A stretch of DNA of 34,116 bases from Chthonomonadaceae bacterium. GTDB taxonomy: Bacteria; Armatimonadota; Chthonomonadetes; Chthonomonadales; Chthonomonadaceae. Position numbers and translations under genes: made by a program. The notes under the pieces are model-generated. The model worked only from the letters and a program-made list of their open reading frames with translations, made no database searches and was not told the origin of the DNA. Shown here in pieces: positions 7,262-17,276 of this stretch (the stretch's first letter is position 1; the number at the start of each line of letters is the position of its first letter). The stretch is from NCBI GenBank assembly GCA_035650735.1, contig DASRGZ010000127.1, positions 1 through 34,116 of the forward strand, written 5' to 3'.

Positions 7262-8586
7262 GCTCGACGGTGCGCCGCAAGCCGCTCGGAGCGCCCGGCC
7301 CGCCGCTCGCGCCGCTCCCGCCCCCGCAGGAGGCGCCCCGGGGATTCTGGCGGCTGGCACTGCCTGTCTTATTACTGCTGTATCTGGCGCTTGCCGGCAT
7401 CCATGCCCGGCTGGTGCCTCTCGGCGCGACCGGATATCAGAACGCGCCCGATGAGGCTGCGCACATGGCCTACGTGCGCGCCGTCGCTGGCGGGCAGCTT
7501 CCCACGCGCGACAAGGCGGCGCAGAACCCCATCGGCTACGAGTGGCATCAGCCGCCGCTCTACTACTGGCTTGCGGCGCGTCTCCTTCCCTGGGGCGAGC
7601 GCGCCGTGCGCGGCTTTTCCGTTCTCTGCGGCCTGGGAGGGCTGCTGCTCATCTATCGCGCGGGACGCCTGCTTTTCCCCAACGAGCCTGTCCTGGCGAT
7701 CCTGGCAGCCGGCATCGCGGCCCTGACTCCCACCCACATCGCCATCACCTCGACCGTCAACAACGATCCGCTGCTGGAGGTCTGCTTTAGCGGCACGCTG
7801 TTGGTCCTCCTGGGGGCGTTTCTCGGCGGCTTTACGCTGTGGCGGGCCGGATGGCTGGGGCTGCTGCTCGGCGCGGCGCTGCTGACGAAGGCGACGGGGC
7901 TGCTGCTGCTGCCGGTCGTAGTCTTGGCACTGTTCCTGCTCTGGCGCGCCGGCGAAAGGCCGCAGGACCTCCTGCGGGGCGCCGGCTGGATGGCGCTGTT
8001 GATGCTGGCGGTCAGCGGCTGGTGGTTTGTCCGCAACGCCCGGCTCTACGGCGAGCCGTTGCCGCTGCGGGCGTTTGCCGCCTCCTTTGCCGGCACGATG
8101 CAGGCGCAGACGGTGGCGGACCGCCTGGGCGGCTGGCCGGAATACCTGCTCTTCATGACCTGGGGCATCTTTCGCAGCTTCTGGGCCGTCTACGGCACGC
8201 GGCAGGATGCGGTGCTGGGCGTGCCGCGCTTCCTGCCCGATCAGATCTATGGGGTGCTCGGGGGCGTCTCTGTGGCCGGGCTGGCGGGGCTGATCCGGCT
8301 GCATCTGCGCCGCAGAACCGACTTCACGGAGACGCAGCTCTACTTCCTGTGGATCCTGTTTGCGGCCGTGGGCGTGGTGGCGATATCGTTTCTTGCCTTC
8401 ATCCTCCAGTACTTCCAGATGCAGGGGCGCTATCTCTATCCGGCGATGCTGCCGATCTGCCTGCTGTTGGCGCTGGGCTGGCGGGGCGTGTTTCCACCAC
8501 GCTACCGCGACCTTGCCAGTGGGATGCTGCTGGCGCTGCTGGCGGCGGCAGCGGCAGCCTTTCTGCGTTCTGTGGCGCCCCTATGA
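7258..8586 (+). CDS. GT-C fold membrane glycosyltransferase (PMT/DUF2142-like)
   Basis: APDEAAH, YEWHQPPLYY, VNND, LLTK, QGRYLYP motifs; start is TTG 7258 (TTGA overlap) or GTG 7249. Confidence 0.75.
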   Translation: MSSTVRRKPLGAPGPPLAPLPPPQEAPRGFWRLALPVLLLLYLALAGIHARLVPLGATGYQNAPDEAAHMAYVRAVAGGQLPTRDKAAQNPIGYEWHQPPLYYWLAARLLPWGERAVRGFSVLCGLGGLLLIYRAGRLLFPNEPVLAILAAGIAALTPTHIAITSTVNNDPLLEVCFSGTLLVLLGAFLGGFTLWRAGWLGLLLGAALLTKATGLLLLPVVVLALFLLWRAGERPQDLLRGAGWMALLMLAVSGWWFVRNARLYGEPLPLRAFAASFAGTMQAQTVADRLGGWPEYLLFMTWGIFRSFWAVYGTRQDAVLGVPRFLPDQIYGVLGGVSVAGLAGLIRLHLRRRTDFTETQLYFLWILFAAVGVVAISFLAFILQYFQMQGRYLYPAMLPICLLLALGWRGVFPPRYRDLASGMLLALLAAAAAAFLRSVAPL

Positions 8587-8913
8587 CCCACGGGAATCAC
8601 GCCACTCCACGTAAAGACGACCAGGAAATAGGCAGGACGTCCGTATGACCCACGGGAATCCTGCTCCGCCTGGTCCATCGGCGCCTCCGCCTAAAGTTGG
8701 GGGCCTGCTTTCATCAAGGGGAGAATGGTGGGAACTGTTTGGGGGCCAAAACCGTCTGATCTTCCTAAAGACAGGCAGGATGCCTGGCCCGGAGAGGGCG
8801 CCGCACTATCCTCTCGGCTTTTCGCATTGTGTTCCCCGTGCATCTTTTCCATGCAAGCGTAAAGCGTAAGCCGAATGAGACGAGCGATTGGCGGCAGGCA
8901 GGGGGTTAACCGT

Positions 8914-9723
8914 ATGGCGCAGACGGGGGATTGGAAGCAAGACCTGCAGGGCTCGGATTTCGCGGACCCGGAGGAAAGGGACGATCCCGAGATCGAGGCG
9001 ATCCTGGATAGCAGCTATGCTCAGCTGGACGGCTTTGTCGCCTGGCTGGAGGATGCGCTAGGGCTGGATACGCGCACAGCCCAGCAGGACTGCTTCAACG
9101 CCGAGACGTTGATAGATTACCTTGCCAACCAGCAGCACAAATCGGTGCTGGATATGAATGAGTTCGATCTGCGCTGGTTCCTCTTCAGTCACTATATTCG
9201 CAAGGCGATGGCCGACGCAGAGACGGAAGAGCGTCTGCCGGATTCGCTGCGGCGCTTCTTTGCCTACCTGGCTTCCACGCAGGGCTACGATACGCCGGCC
9301 TGGGTCAATTCCGCGCTGGATGAGCGCGCGTTCTACCTGGCGCGGCGCAATGCCTACGGGAAGCTCAATACCCGATATGAGCGCAAGTGGCAGGCAGGAT
9401 ATCGCGCCTGGTGCGCCGAGCTCGAAGATCATCTGGATGCGCGCGGCCTGTGGCTGCCCCGCGAGTTGGGAGAAGGGATGGTCTGGGGCGAGCTGATGGG
9501 CTGGCGAGAGGCGACGCTGCGGGACGAGGCCAATCGTCTCTGGCAGGAGGAGCGGGAGGCGCTGCTGCGGGAAGGATTGGACTACGAAACCGCGCGCCAG
9601 CGCCTGATCGACTCCTACCACCTCTGGCTGGATACGCCGCAGATGCGGCTGGAAGGCGCGACGCCGCGCGAACTGATCCTGGAGGAGCGCCGAGAACGTG
9701 CGGAGGAAGCGGCGGGCCAATAA
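8914..9723 (+). CDS. Hypothetical protein: recombinase core-binding-like N-domain plus MbcA/ParS/Xre-like C-terminal motif
   Basis: LDGFVAWLEDALGLDTRT...DLRWFL...SLRRFFAYL; C-terminal WLDTPQMRLEGATPRE; domain calls are by visual resemblance. Confidence 0.7.
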   Translation: MAQTGDWKQDLQGSDFADPEERDDPEIEAILDSSYAQLDGFVAWLEDALGLDTRTAQQDCFNAETLIDYLANQQHKSVLDMNEFDLRWFLFSHYIRKAMADAETEERLPDSLRRFFAYLASTQGYDTPAWVNSALDERAFYLARRNAYGKLNTRYERKWQAGYRAWCAELEDHLDARGLWLPRELGEGMVWGELMGWREATLRDEANRLWQEEREALLREGLDYETARQRLIDSYHLWLDTPQMRLEGATPRELILEERRERAEEAAGQ

Positions 9724-9888
9724 GCACCGCCACCCCAGGGTTTCCATTTTTGCCTCATATCGGGTAGTATCGTAGCAGTCCCCCTGCGCGGACTTACCGA
9801 ATCCCTCATCTCCCTTCCCTAATGCGTTCTCTCCGCTCCCCAGGAATTGAGGCGGGGCAGTGGGGAAGGGGAGAACAATGAGCTTGCG

Positions 9889-11484
<1,596 letters not shown>

Positions 11485-11507
11485 ACCGCCGCTAAGACTC
11501 CATTGAC

Positions 11508-12077
11508 GTGCGGAGCGCGAAGTTGGAGCACGAGCACGAGCTGGAAGTATTGATCACCGAGGAGCAGATCGCGCGTCGGGTGCGGGAGTTGGGAGCCGCG
11601 ATTGCCCGCGACTATCCCGATCCCGCGCAGCCGCTACTGCTGGTCGGCGTGCTTAAAGGGGCCACTCTGTTCCTGGCGGATCTGGTGCGCTGCATCGAGC
11701 GGCCCGTGGAGTTCGACTTCGTGGCGCTGGCCTCCTATGGCGCGGCGACACGCACCTCCGGCGAAGTGCGCATCCTCAAAGACCTGGAAGCGCCGGTGGC
11801 CGGACGGCATGTGATCATCGTCGAAGATATTCTGGATACGGGGCTGACCCTGCGCTTCAGCTACCTGATCGAAAGCTTGCGCGCTCGCCATGCCGCCAGC
11901 GTCAAGGTTTGCGTCCTATTAGATAAGCCGGCCCGCCGTCGCGTCGAGGTGCCGGTGCACTATCGCGGGTTTGAGATAGAGGATAAGTTCGTCGTCGGTT
12001 ACGGAATGGATTACGCCGAGCGTTATCGGAACCTGCGCTATATCGGCGTTCTGCGCGCGCAGGAGCAAGGGGCTTGA
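11508..12077 (+). CDS. hpt: Hypoxanthine phosphoribosyltransferase
   Basis: GVLKGA, VIIVEDILDTGLTL PRPP motif, FVVGYGMDY..RYRNL. Confidence 0.95.
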   Translation: MRSAKLEHEHELEVLITEEQIARRVRELGAAIARDYPDPAQPLLLVGVLKGATLFLADLVRCIERPVEFDFVALASYGAATRTSGEVRILKDLEAPVAGRHVIIVEDILDTGLTLRFSYLIESLRARHAASVKVCVLLDKPARRRVEVPVHYRGFEIEDKFVVGYGMDYAERYRNLRYIGVLRAQEQGA

Positions 12078-12279
12078 CGAACGGCTCCAGGATTTTGCTG
12101 ACATCGGCGTTCTGCGCGCGTGGGGAAGGGAAAGCCGTTGCGATGAGATAGTCCAATTCGCTTCGGCGCTGGCCCCGCAGAGGTCGTCAAGGAGGGACTG
12201 AGGTCTTGCAGGCAGTCCACTTGTGCCGTATCGCAAGAAAACCTGCAACCGTTGGGATATTCTTCATCGTAAAAAGAAT

Positions 12280-12308
12280 TGGACAACGGCGAAATTCTGT
12301 GCTATAAT
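12280..12308 (+). promoter_or_regulatory. Sigma70-type promoter of rho
   Basis: TGGACA-17 bp-TATAAT, extended TG, upstream A-tract. Confidence 0.75.
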
Positions 12309-12683
12309 AGAAGCAAAGGTCCGCTTCCCGTTCGTCCTGGTGTGCCGCAGGCTCCGGGCGAACGCCGCATAGCATCCTCGCGCTCTGTCTTTCCGAACTG
12401 ACATTTTCCTTATCTTGCGCGACTCTCAACCGGGTGTCCTCCACTGTGCGGCCTGCGTGGTCGCTGCCCACTACGGCCTGGCGCCTTGAGGCATCGGTAC
12501 CGGCGTTCCCTTGGGGACGCACTTCGCGATCCTTCTCCTGGGATACACGCTCTTATCCGTTTTTATCGAACCTGGATGGCAGCGCAAATCGTGAGGTTTG
12601 CGCGCCGTACCCCTTTCTTGCTGACCGCGCGCGTCCGTCCTGCGCAGACGTGCCGCTTCTACCGTATGAGGTGAAATAACCGA

Positions 12684-13970
12684 ATGGACGAGAATACGAC
12701 TGTCAATCTCTCCGACCTGGAAAACAAAAGCCTGAACGACCTGCAAGAGCTCGCCAAAGAGTTCGGCATCAACGTCGGCAACGGGGCAGGCAATCTGCGC
12801 AAGGATGAGCTGATTGCGCGCATCCTGCAACAGCAGACGGAGCGCAACGGTCTGATCTATGCCAAGGGCATTCTGGAGATCCTGCCGGACGGGTGGGGGT
12901 TCCTGCGCCGCAGCAACTTCTCCCCCCATGCCGAGGATATCTACGTCTCCCAGACCCAGATCAAGCGCTTTGGCCTCAAGACCGGCGACGAGGTCGCCGG
13001 GCAGGTGCGCCCGCCCAAGGATTCGGAGAAGTATTTCGGGCTGCTGCGGGTGGAGTCGGTCAACGGGGTGGACCCGGAGGTCGCTCGCAACCGCGTCAAC
13101 TTCGATGATCTAACGCCTATCTATCCCAACGAGCGGCTGGTACTGGAGACGAGCCGCAACGAGATGGCCGGGCGCATTATGGACCTGATTTCGCCAATCG
13201 GCAAGGGGCAGCGCGGCATGATCGTCGCCCAGCCCAAGGCCGGCAAGACGACCCTGCTCAAGACCATCGCCAACGCCATCACCACCAACCACCCGGAGTG
13301 CATCCTGATCGTGCTGCTCATTGACGAGCGCCCGGAAGAGGTGACCGACATCCGCCGCTCCGTCAAAGGAGAAGTCATCAGCTCCACCTTCGACGAGACG
13401 CCGGAAAACCACATGCGCGTGGCCGACATGGTGCTGGAGCAGGCCAAGCGCCTGGCCGAGAGCAAGCGCGATGTGGTCGTGCTGATGGATAGCCTGACCC
13501 GCTATACGCGCGCCTCGAACCTGACGGTGACGCCCAGCGGACGCACGCTCTCGGGTGGCCTGGACCCGGCGGCGCTCTATCGACCGAAACGTTTCTTCGG
13601 CGCCGCGCGTAACATAGAAGAGGGAGGCAGTCTCACTATCCTGGCGACCGCCCTGGTCGAGACCGGCAGCCGCATGGACGACCTCATCTTTGAGGAGTTC
13701 AAGGGCACGGGCAATATGGAAGTGGAGCTAGATCGCAGCCTGGCCGATAAGCGTATCTTCCCGGCGATCTCGCTGAAATCCAGCACCCGCCACGACGAAC
13801 TGCTCTACGATGAGGAGACCTTCAAGCAGATCGTCAAGCTGCGGCGCCTGCTGCATAGCCTGGACCCGGCGGACGCCACCGAGTTGTTGAAGGATCGCCT
13901 CCAGATCACAAAGTCCAACAAGGAATTCCTGCAGATGGTGGAGAAGACTATTAAGAGCGATGTAGACTAA
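12684..13970 (+). CDS. rho: Transcription termination factor Rho
   Basis: [54 protein letters not shown]. Confidence 0.98.
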   Translation: MDENTTVNLSDLENKSLNDLQELAKEFGINVGNGAGNLRKDELIARILQQQTERNGLIYAKGILEILPDGWGFLRRSNFSPHAEDIYVSQTQIKRFGLKTGDEVAGQVRPPKDSEKYFGLLRVESVNGVDPEVARNRVNFDDLTPIYPNERLVLETSRNEMAGRIMDLISPIGKGQRGMIVAQPKAGKTTLLKTIANAITTNHPECILIVLLIDERPEEVTDIRRSVKGEVISSTFDETPENHMRVADMVLEQAKRLAESKRDVVVLMDSLTRYTRASNLTVTPSGRTLSGGLDPAALYRPKRFFGAARNIEEGGSLTILATALVETGSRMDDLIFEEFKGTGNMEVELDRSLADKRIFPAISLKSSTRHDELLYDEETFKQIVKLRRLLHSLDPADATELLKDRLQITKSNKEFLQMVEKTIKSDVD

Positions 13971-13995
13971 GAGAGTGCCAAACAAAACCCGTTCT

Positions 13996-14030
13996 CCCTC
14001 TGCCTTGCAGGGAGAGGGCCGGGGTGAGGG
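13996..14030. repeat. CCCTCTCCC/GGGAGAGGG REP-like palindrome
   Basis: ccctctgcct-tgc-agggagaggg-ccggggtgaggg; related copies near 7185-7250, 9805-9875, 21865-21980 and 29764-29898. Confidence 0.65.
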
Positions 14031-14171
14031 TAGAGCCTCACGGCCCAGTTTGGTTAGGGGCTCTAATCCTGGTGCCGGGTGGAAATGGCCTCTGGGGGCC
14101 TTTCTGGACCTTCTCTCAACTCAGGGCCGGTTCCGTTGGATTCGCGTTAATGGTTAGAACGGAGGCAAGCG

Positions 14172-14708
14172 GTGGGCAACGACTTCAAAGACCTGTTCGG
14201 TGATTGGCGACCAGACGAGGAAGGCCGCGTGCCGCCGGAAGGGATACCCGCAGAGCCCGAGAATCTGGGGCGCCGTGCGCTCAACGAAAAAGAGGTCGCT
14301 GTGGTCGGTGTCTATGAGGAACGCTCCGACTCAGGCCTGGGATTTTCGATCGACAAATTTTTCGTGTTGCTGCGGGATAACAAGCGGCGGGAATTTCGGA
14401 TCTGGATCGCGCGAGATATGGCGTGGGCTATCTCGATGGCATTGGACAACGAGACGCCCGACCGGCCTTTCACTCATGATCTGATCAAGACTCTTTTAGA
14501 GCGTCTAGGTGCCACCATCGATCGCATTACCATAGACGATATATGGCAGGATACGTTCTATGCCAAAATCACGCTGGCGGTCAACGGCGAAACCGTAGAC
14601 ATCGACGCGCGGCCCAGCGACTCTATCGCTCTGGCATTGCGTTTCCGGGCCCCGATCTATGTGGCCGAGTATGTGCTGGAAACAGTCGCTCAGCGCAGTG
14701 ATTACTGA
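14172..14708 (+). CDS. Bifunctional nuclease family protein (DUF151)
   Basis: IWI...A.AI, RPFTHDL, TFYAKI, IDARPSDSIALALR..APIYV. Confidence 0.9.
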   Translation: MGNDFKDLFGDWRPDEEGRVPPEGIPAEPENLGRRALNEKEVAVVGVYEERSDSGLGFSIDKFFVLLRDNKRREFRIWIARDMAWAISMALDNETPDRPFTHDLIKTLLERLGATIDRITIDDIWQDTFYAKITLAVNGETVDIDARPSDSIALALRFRAPIYVAEYVLETVAQRSDY

Positions 14709-14735
14709 GGTCTGGCCAACAAGCGGAGAGCAATG

Positions 14736-14768
14736 CCCCGGTTCGAGTCGAACCGGGGTTCTTTTTTT
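14736..14768 (+). terminator. Intrinsic terminator after DUF151
   Basis: ccccggttcga-g-tcgaaccgggg followed by ttcttttttt. Confidence 0.85.
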
Positions 14769-15336
14769 GCGGTTGTTCCCGCGCCTCGCGCCGCAAGGCG
14801 TTGGTGCCAACGGTTACGTTGCGTGTGGGCGTCCCCCACCGTATTTTTACTTCATACCAGGTATTATCGGACGTTAAAAAAAACACAAAATCAAAAAGAT
14901 CAAATGTACAACGAGCGGTCCTGCCTCGTTCCCATTTTTGCTTGTTTTACTTGTCCGCTTGCCACTCCTCTGGCGTTAGCACCTTCTGTCTGCCGATGGA
15001 AACCGCAAAGGATTGGGCGTTCTGATAATCCAGCGAACGCTCAAAGTCCAGCCGAAGCGTTTGGGCCATACGGTTGCCCCGCCACTTGACCTCGGAAGAC
15101 TGAACCGGCAGCGCGCCGGATCGGAACAGGCGTTACTATGGGCCAAAGAGATGAATCCGGGCCAGTAGATAGACCCACCACGACAACGCGCGGCAGGAGC
15201 CCTACCTCCTACCTGCCGATTCCCATTAGGACAGAGACGCGCCAACAGACAAGCGCAGCGTTCAGAAAGTCCTTTCCCCCGGCCCCGCGTTCCAGGCCGA
15301 ACTCCCGGCAGACTGCGGCTGCCTCAATAAACCACA

Positions 15337-15386
15337 GGGCGAATAGATGGCGCCGTAAATGGCTATCTATTCGCCCCGCGTTTTTT
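15337..15386. terminator. Hairpin terminator, possibly bidirectional
   Basis: gggcgaatagatggc / gctatctattcgccc stem, T6 at 15381-15386 on the + strand. Confidence 0.55.
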
Positions 15387-15407
15387 AAGCTTGTAATGCC
15401 TCACAGC

Positions 15408-15683
15408 CTACGACCCGAGCACCGGTTCGCCATTTGCCAGCGTGCGCACGCCGGAGGGCCGCACCGACTTGGGAGCGACGAGGTCGGGCAAATGCTCTTC
15501 GATCTCGCGGATTTTACTGTAGCAGTCTGCGAGGACTTCCTGGACGCCACGCGTCGTCGTGGAAAGATTTTTAAGGCTTTGTTCTCGCCACTTCATAATG
15601 GCGGCCACCGCGACGATGCCGGCCGCCGCCGCCGTAACCCCCACCCAGACGATCACGTTGGAGTGCTTGCCTGATTTCACCAA
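15408..15683 (-). CDS. Small single-pass membrane hypothetical protein
   Basis: GGAAAGGA RBS, TM segment VIVWVGVTAAAAGIVAVAAI, helical C-terminus; follows the response regulator. Confidence 0.65.
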   Translation of the reverse strand: MVKSGKHSNVIVWVGVTAAAAGIVAVAAIMKWREQSLKNLSTTTRGVQEVLADCYSKIREIEEHLPDLVAPKSVRPSGVRTLANGEPVLGS

Positions 15684-15740
15684 GTGTTTCCTTTCCCGTT
15701 ACTGGATGAAACGCAGCACGATCACCGTATGCCGAGGGAA

Positions 15741-16148
15741 CTACCCCAGGTCATACCGATTGCCGCCCTCGTCCTCTTCCTGCGACTTGAAAATGCGCTT
15801 GACGAAGACGATCAGTTCCATCGGGTTGAATGGCTTGGTCAGGTAGCAATCCACGCCGCTCTGCCAGCCCCGGAACACGTCGGCATCCTGGGCCTTGGCC
15901 GTCAGCATGATTACTGGCAGATCGCGGGTGTTGGGATCTTTGCGCAAATGCTGCAGCACCTCAAAGCCGTCCATGTAGGGCATCATCACGTCCAGTACCA
16001 CCAGATCGGGATGCTCCGCAGCGACCTTCTCCAGCGCTTCCTTGCCGTCAAAGGCCGTCACGACCTGGTAGCCGGCGCGCTCCAGGTTGACCTGCACAAG
16101 CCGGACAATATGTCGTTCGTCATCCACCGCTAGGATCTTCTTAGGCAT
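15741..16148 (-). CDS. Single-domain response regulator (receiver only)
   Basis: KILAVDDE, PDLVVLDVMMP, IMLTA, YLTKPF; no output domain. Confidence 0.92.
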   Translation of the reverse strand: MPKKILAVDDERHIVRLVQVNLERAGYQVVTAFDGKEALEKVAAEHPDLVVLDVMMPYMDGFEVLQHLRKDPNTRDLPVIMLTAKAQDADVFRGWQSGVDCYLTKPFNPMELIVFVKRIFKSQEEDEGGNRYDLG

Positions 16149-16162
16149 CGGTTCCGTTCCTT

Positions 16163-16186
16163 TTCTCCACTTCTCCACTTCTCCAC
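16163..16186. repeat. 8-bp tandem repeat (TTCTCCAC)x3
   Basis: Seen directly, just upstream of the response regulator start. Confidence 0.85.
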
Positions 16187-16189
16187 AGA

Positions 16190-16366
16190 TGGTTCCCCCC
16201 GCGCGTGCGGGGAATATTAGGGGGTTAGGGTTCTAGGGTTCTGTAGGGTGCGAGGGTTCTAAGGTGCTAGGATGCTGCTTCATCCCCGCGCGTGGGGGAA
16301 CAGCCCAGAACCTTAGAACCCTCTAGAACCCTAACCACGGTTCAACCCCGCGGGTGCGGGGAATAG
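16190..16366 (-). CRISPR. Degenerate type I-E-like mini array with repeat-derived, mutually complementary spacers
   Basis: Minus strand: CTATTCCCCGCACCCGCGGGGTTGAACCG (16366-16338), CTGTTCCCCCACGCGCGGGGATGAAGCA (16303-16276), ATATTCCCCGCACGCGCGGGGGGAACCA (16217-16190); intervals 34 and 58 bp. Confidence 0.6.
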
Positions 16367-16403
16367 CGATACAGCTCCATTCGTTTTACCCGAGCCTACG
16401 AGA

Positions 16404-16432
16404 AGTATATCACAACCGCTTCACCGTGTCAA
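16404..16432 (-). promoter_or_regulatory. Near-consensus sigma70 promoter reading into the array and response regulator
   Basis: TTGACA-17 bp-TATACT with extended TG; -35 overlaps the lipoate ligase stop codon. Confidence 0.8.
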
Positions 16433-17274
16433 ATACACGGGTCGGCAGCTGTCCTCCCCTGCGTCCAGCTCGCGCAGGCGTAACGCTCCGCTACCAGATG
16501 GGACGCGCGCACGCGCTCTTCAGGCGTTGCCTGGCTCGCCGTAAAGGACGCGCCCAGCGCCGCCGCAAACCCGTGCAGGATGGCCTCGGCAACGGCGGTG
16601 GCCTCCATAGAGGGCCACGCAGCCGGCGCGTACTCCGCGCTCGCGCCCTTGAACACGGCGGCGCTCAGAGCAGCGTAAGCCTGTCGTTGCTCCGGGTCCA
16701 GGTTGAAAACCAGGGGCAGCGCCGTCTGCTGCAGCACCCATTCCCCACGCCGATGCAGCGCCGTGCCTAGCAGCTTCCGCCCCGTCGCAGCCTCCACGAC
16801 ATCGGCGCGGCTCGTGATGGCGAAGCAGTCCCCCCGTGCGTCCTGAGGCTGTGGGCGAGCGCCATTTCCCATCGTAGCCGCAATGCCTAATTCGGCGAAG
16901 GCGTGCAGCAACCCTTCCGCCAGCCGCGCATAGAGGGCGGCGATGCTAGCGGAGGCGCCGACCGCAAAGCCCAGGGCCTCTATCGGCGCGGCAATGCTGA
17001 TGGTCAGATCGCACCCATGCAGAATGCCGCGCCCGCCCGTGATCCGGCGCACCAACGGCACGCCGCGCGCCGCGCATTCCTCTCGGTGGACCGTACGGCG
17101 GAGGTCCTGAAAGCGGCCCAGGGTGACAGCCGGGCGTTCCCAGCGATATAGGCGCAGTGTGGGCGGGACGACGTTGGCGCTAACGGCCTCCAACAGCGCC
17201 TCATCGAGCGCCATGTTCCAGGCCGCCTCCCCTGCCCCATCCCGGATCATGCGCCACGGACGCGCCGAGCCCAC
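16429..17274 (-). CDS. Lipoate-protein ligase family (LipM/LplA-like octanoyltransferase)
   Basis: NMALDEALL, PTLRLYRW, VRRITGGRGILH, CF, GRKLLG; follows the gcv genes. Confidence 0.88.
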   Translation of the reverse strand: MGSARPWRMIRDGAGEAAWNMALDEALLEAVSANVVPPTLRLYRWERPAVTLGRFQDLRRTVHREECAARGVPLVRRITGGRGILHGCDLTISIAAPIEALGFAVGASASIAALYARLAEGLLHAFAELGIAATMGNGARPQPQDARGDCFAITSRADVVEAATGRKLLGTALHRRGEWVLQQTALPLVFNLDPEQRQAYAALSAAVFKGASAEYAPAAWPSMEATAVAEAILHGFAAALGASFTASQATPEERVRASHLVAERYACASWTQGRTAADPCI

Positions 17275-17276
17275 TT

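Noticed and set aside
8645..8869. 74-aa ORF starting in the duplicated junction
   Set aside because: No RBS or recognisable motif; probably a by-product of the duplication
9750..9810. Purine riboswitch upstream of guaA (starts ctcatat)
   Set aside because: Lacks the conserved TTTCTACC and CCGTAAA core and the P2/P3 stems
12023..12032. Fourth dif-like motif copy (ttatcggaac) in hpt
   Set aside because: Mismatched core, GC-rich context, explained by the conserved RYRNL codons
14990..15300. RNase P, tmRNA or c-di-GMP riboswitch
   Set aside because: Only short matches (gaaagtcc, cgcaaag); the other conserved elements are missing
16218..16275. Telomeric or eukaryotic contamination (TTAGGG-like)
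   Set aside because: The unit is the 8-mer TAGGGTTC, paired with an inverted arm and embedded in continuous bacterial genes
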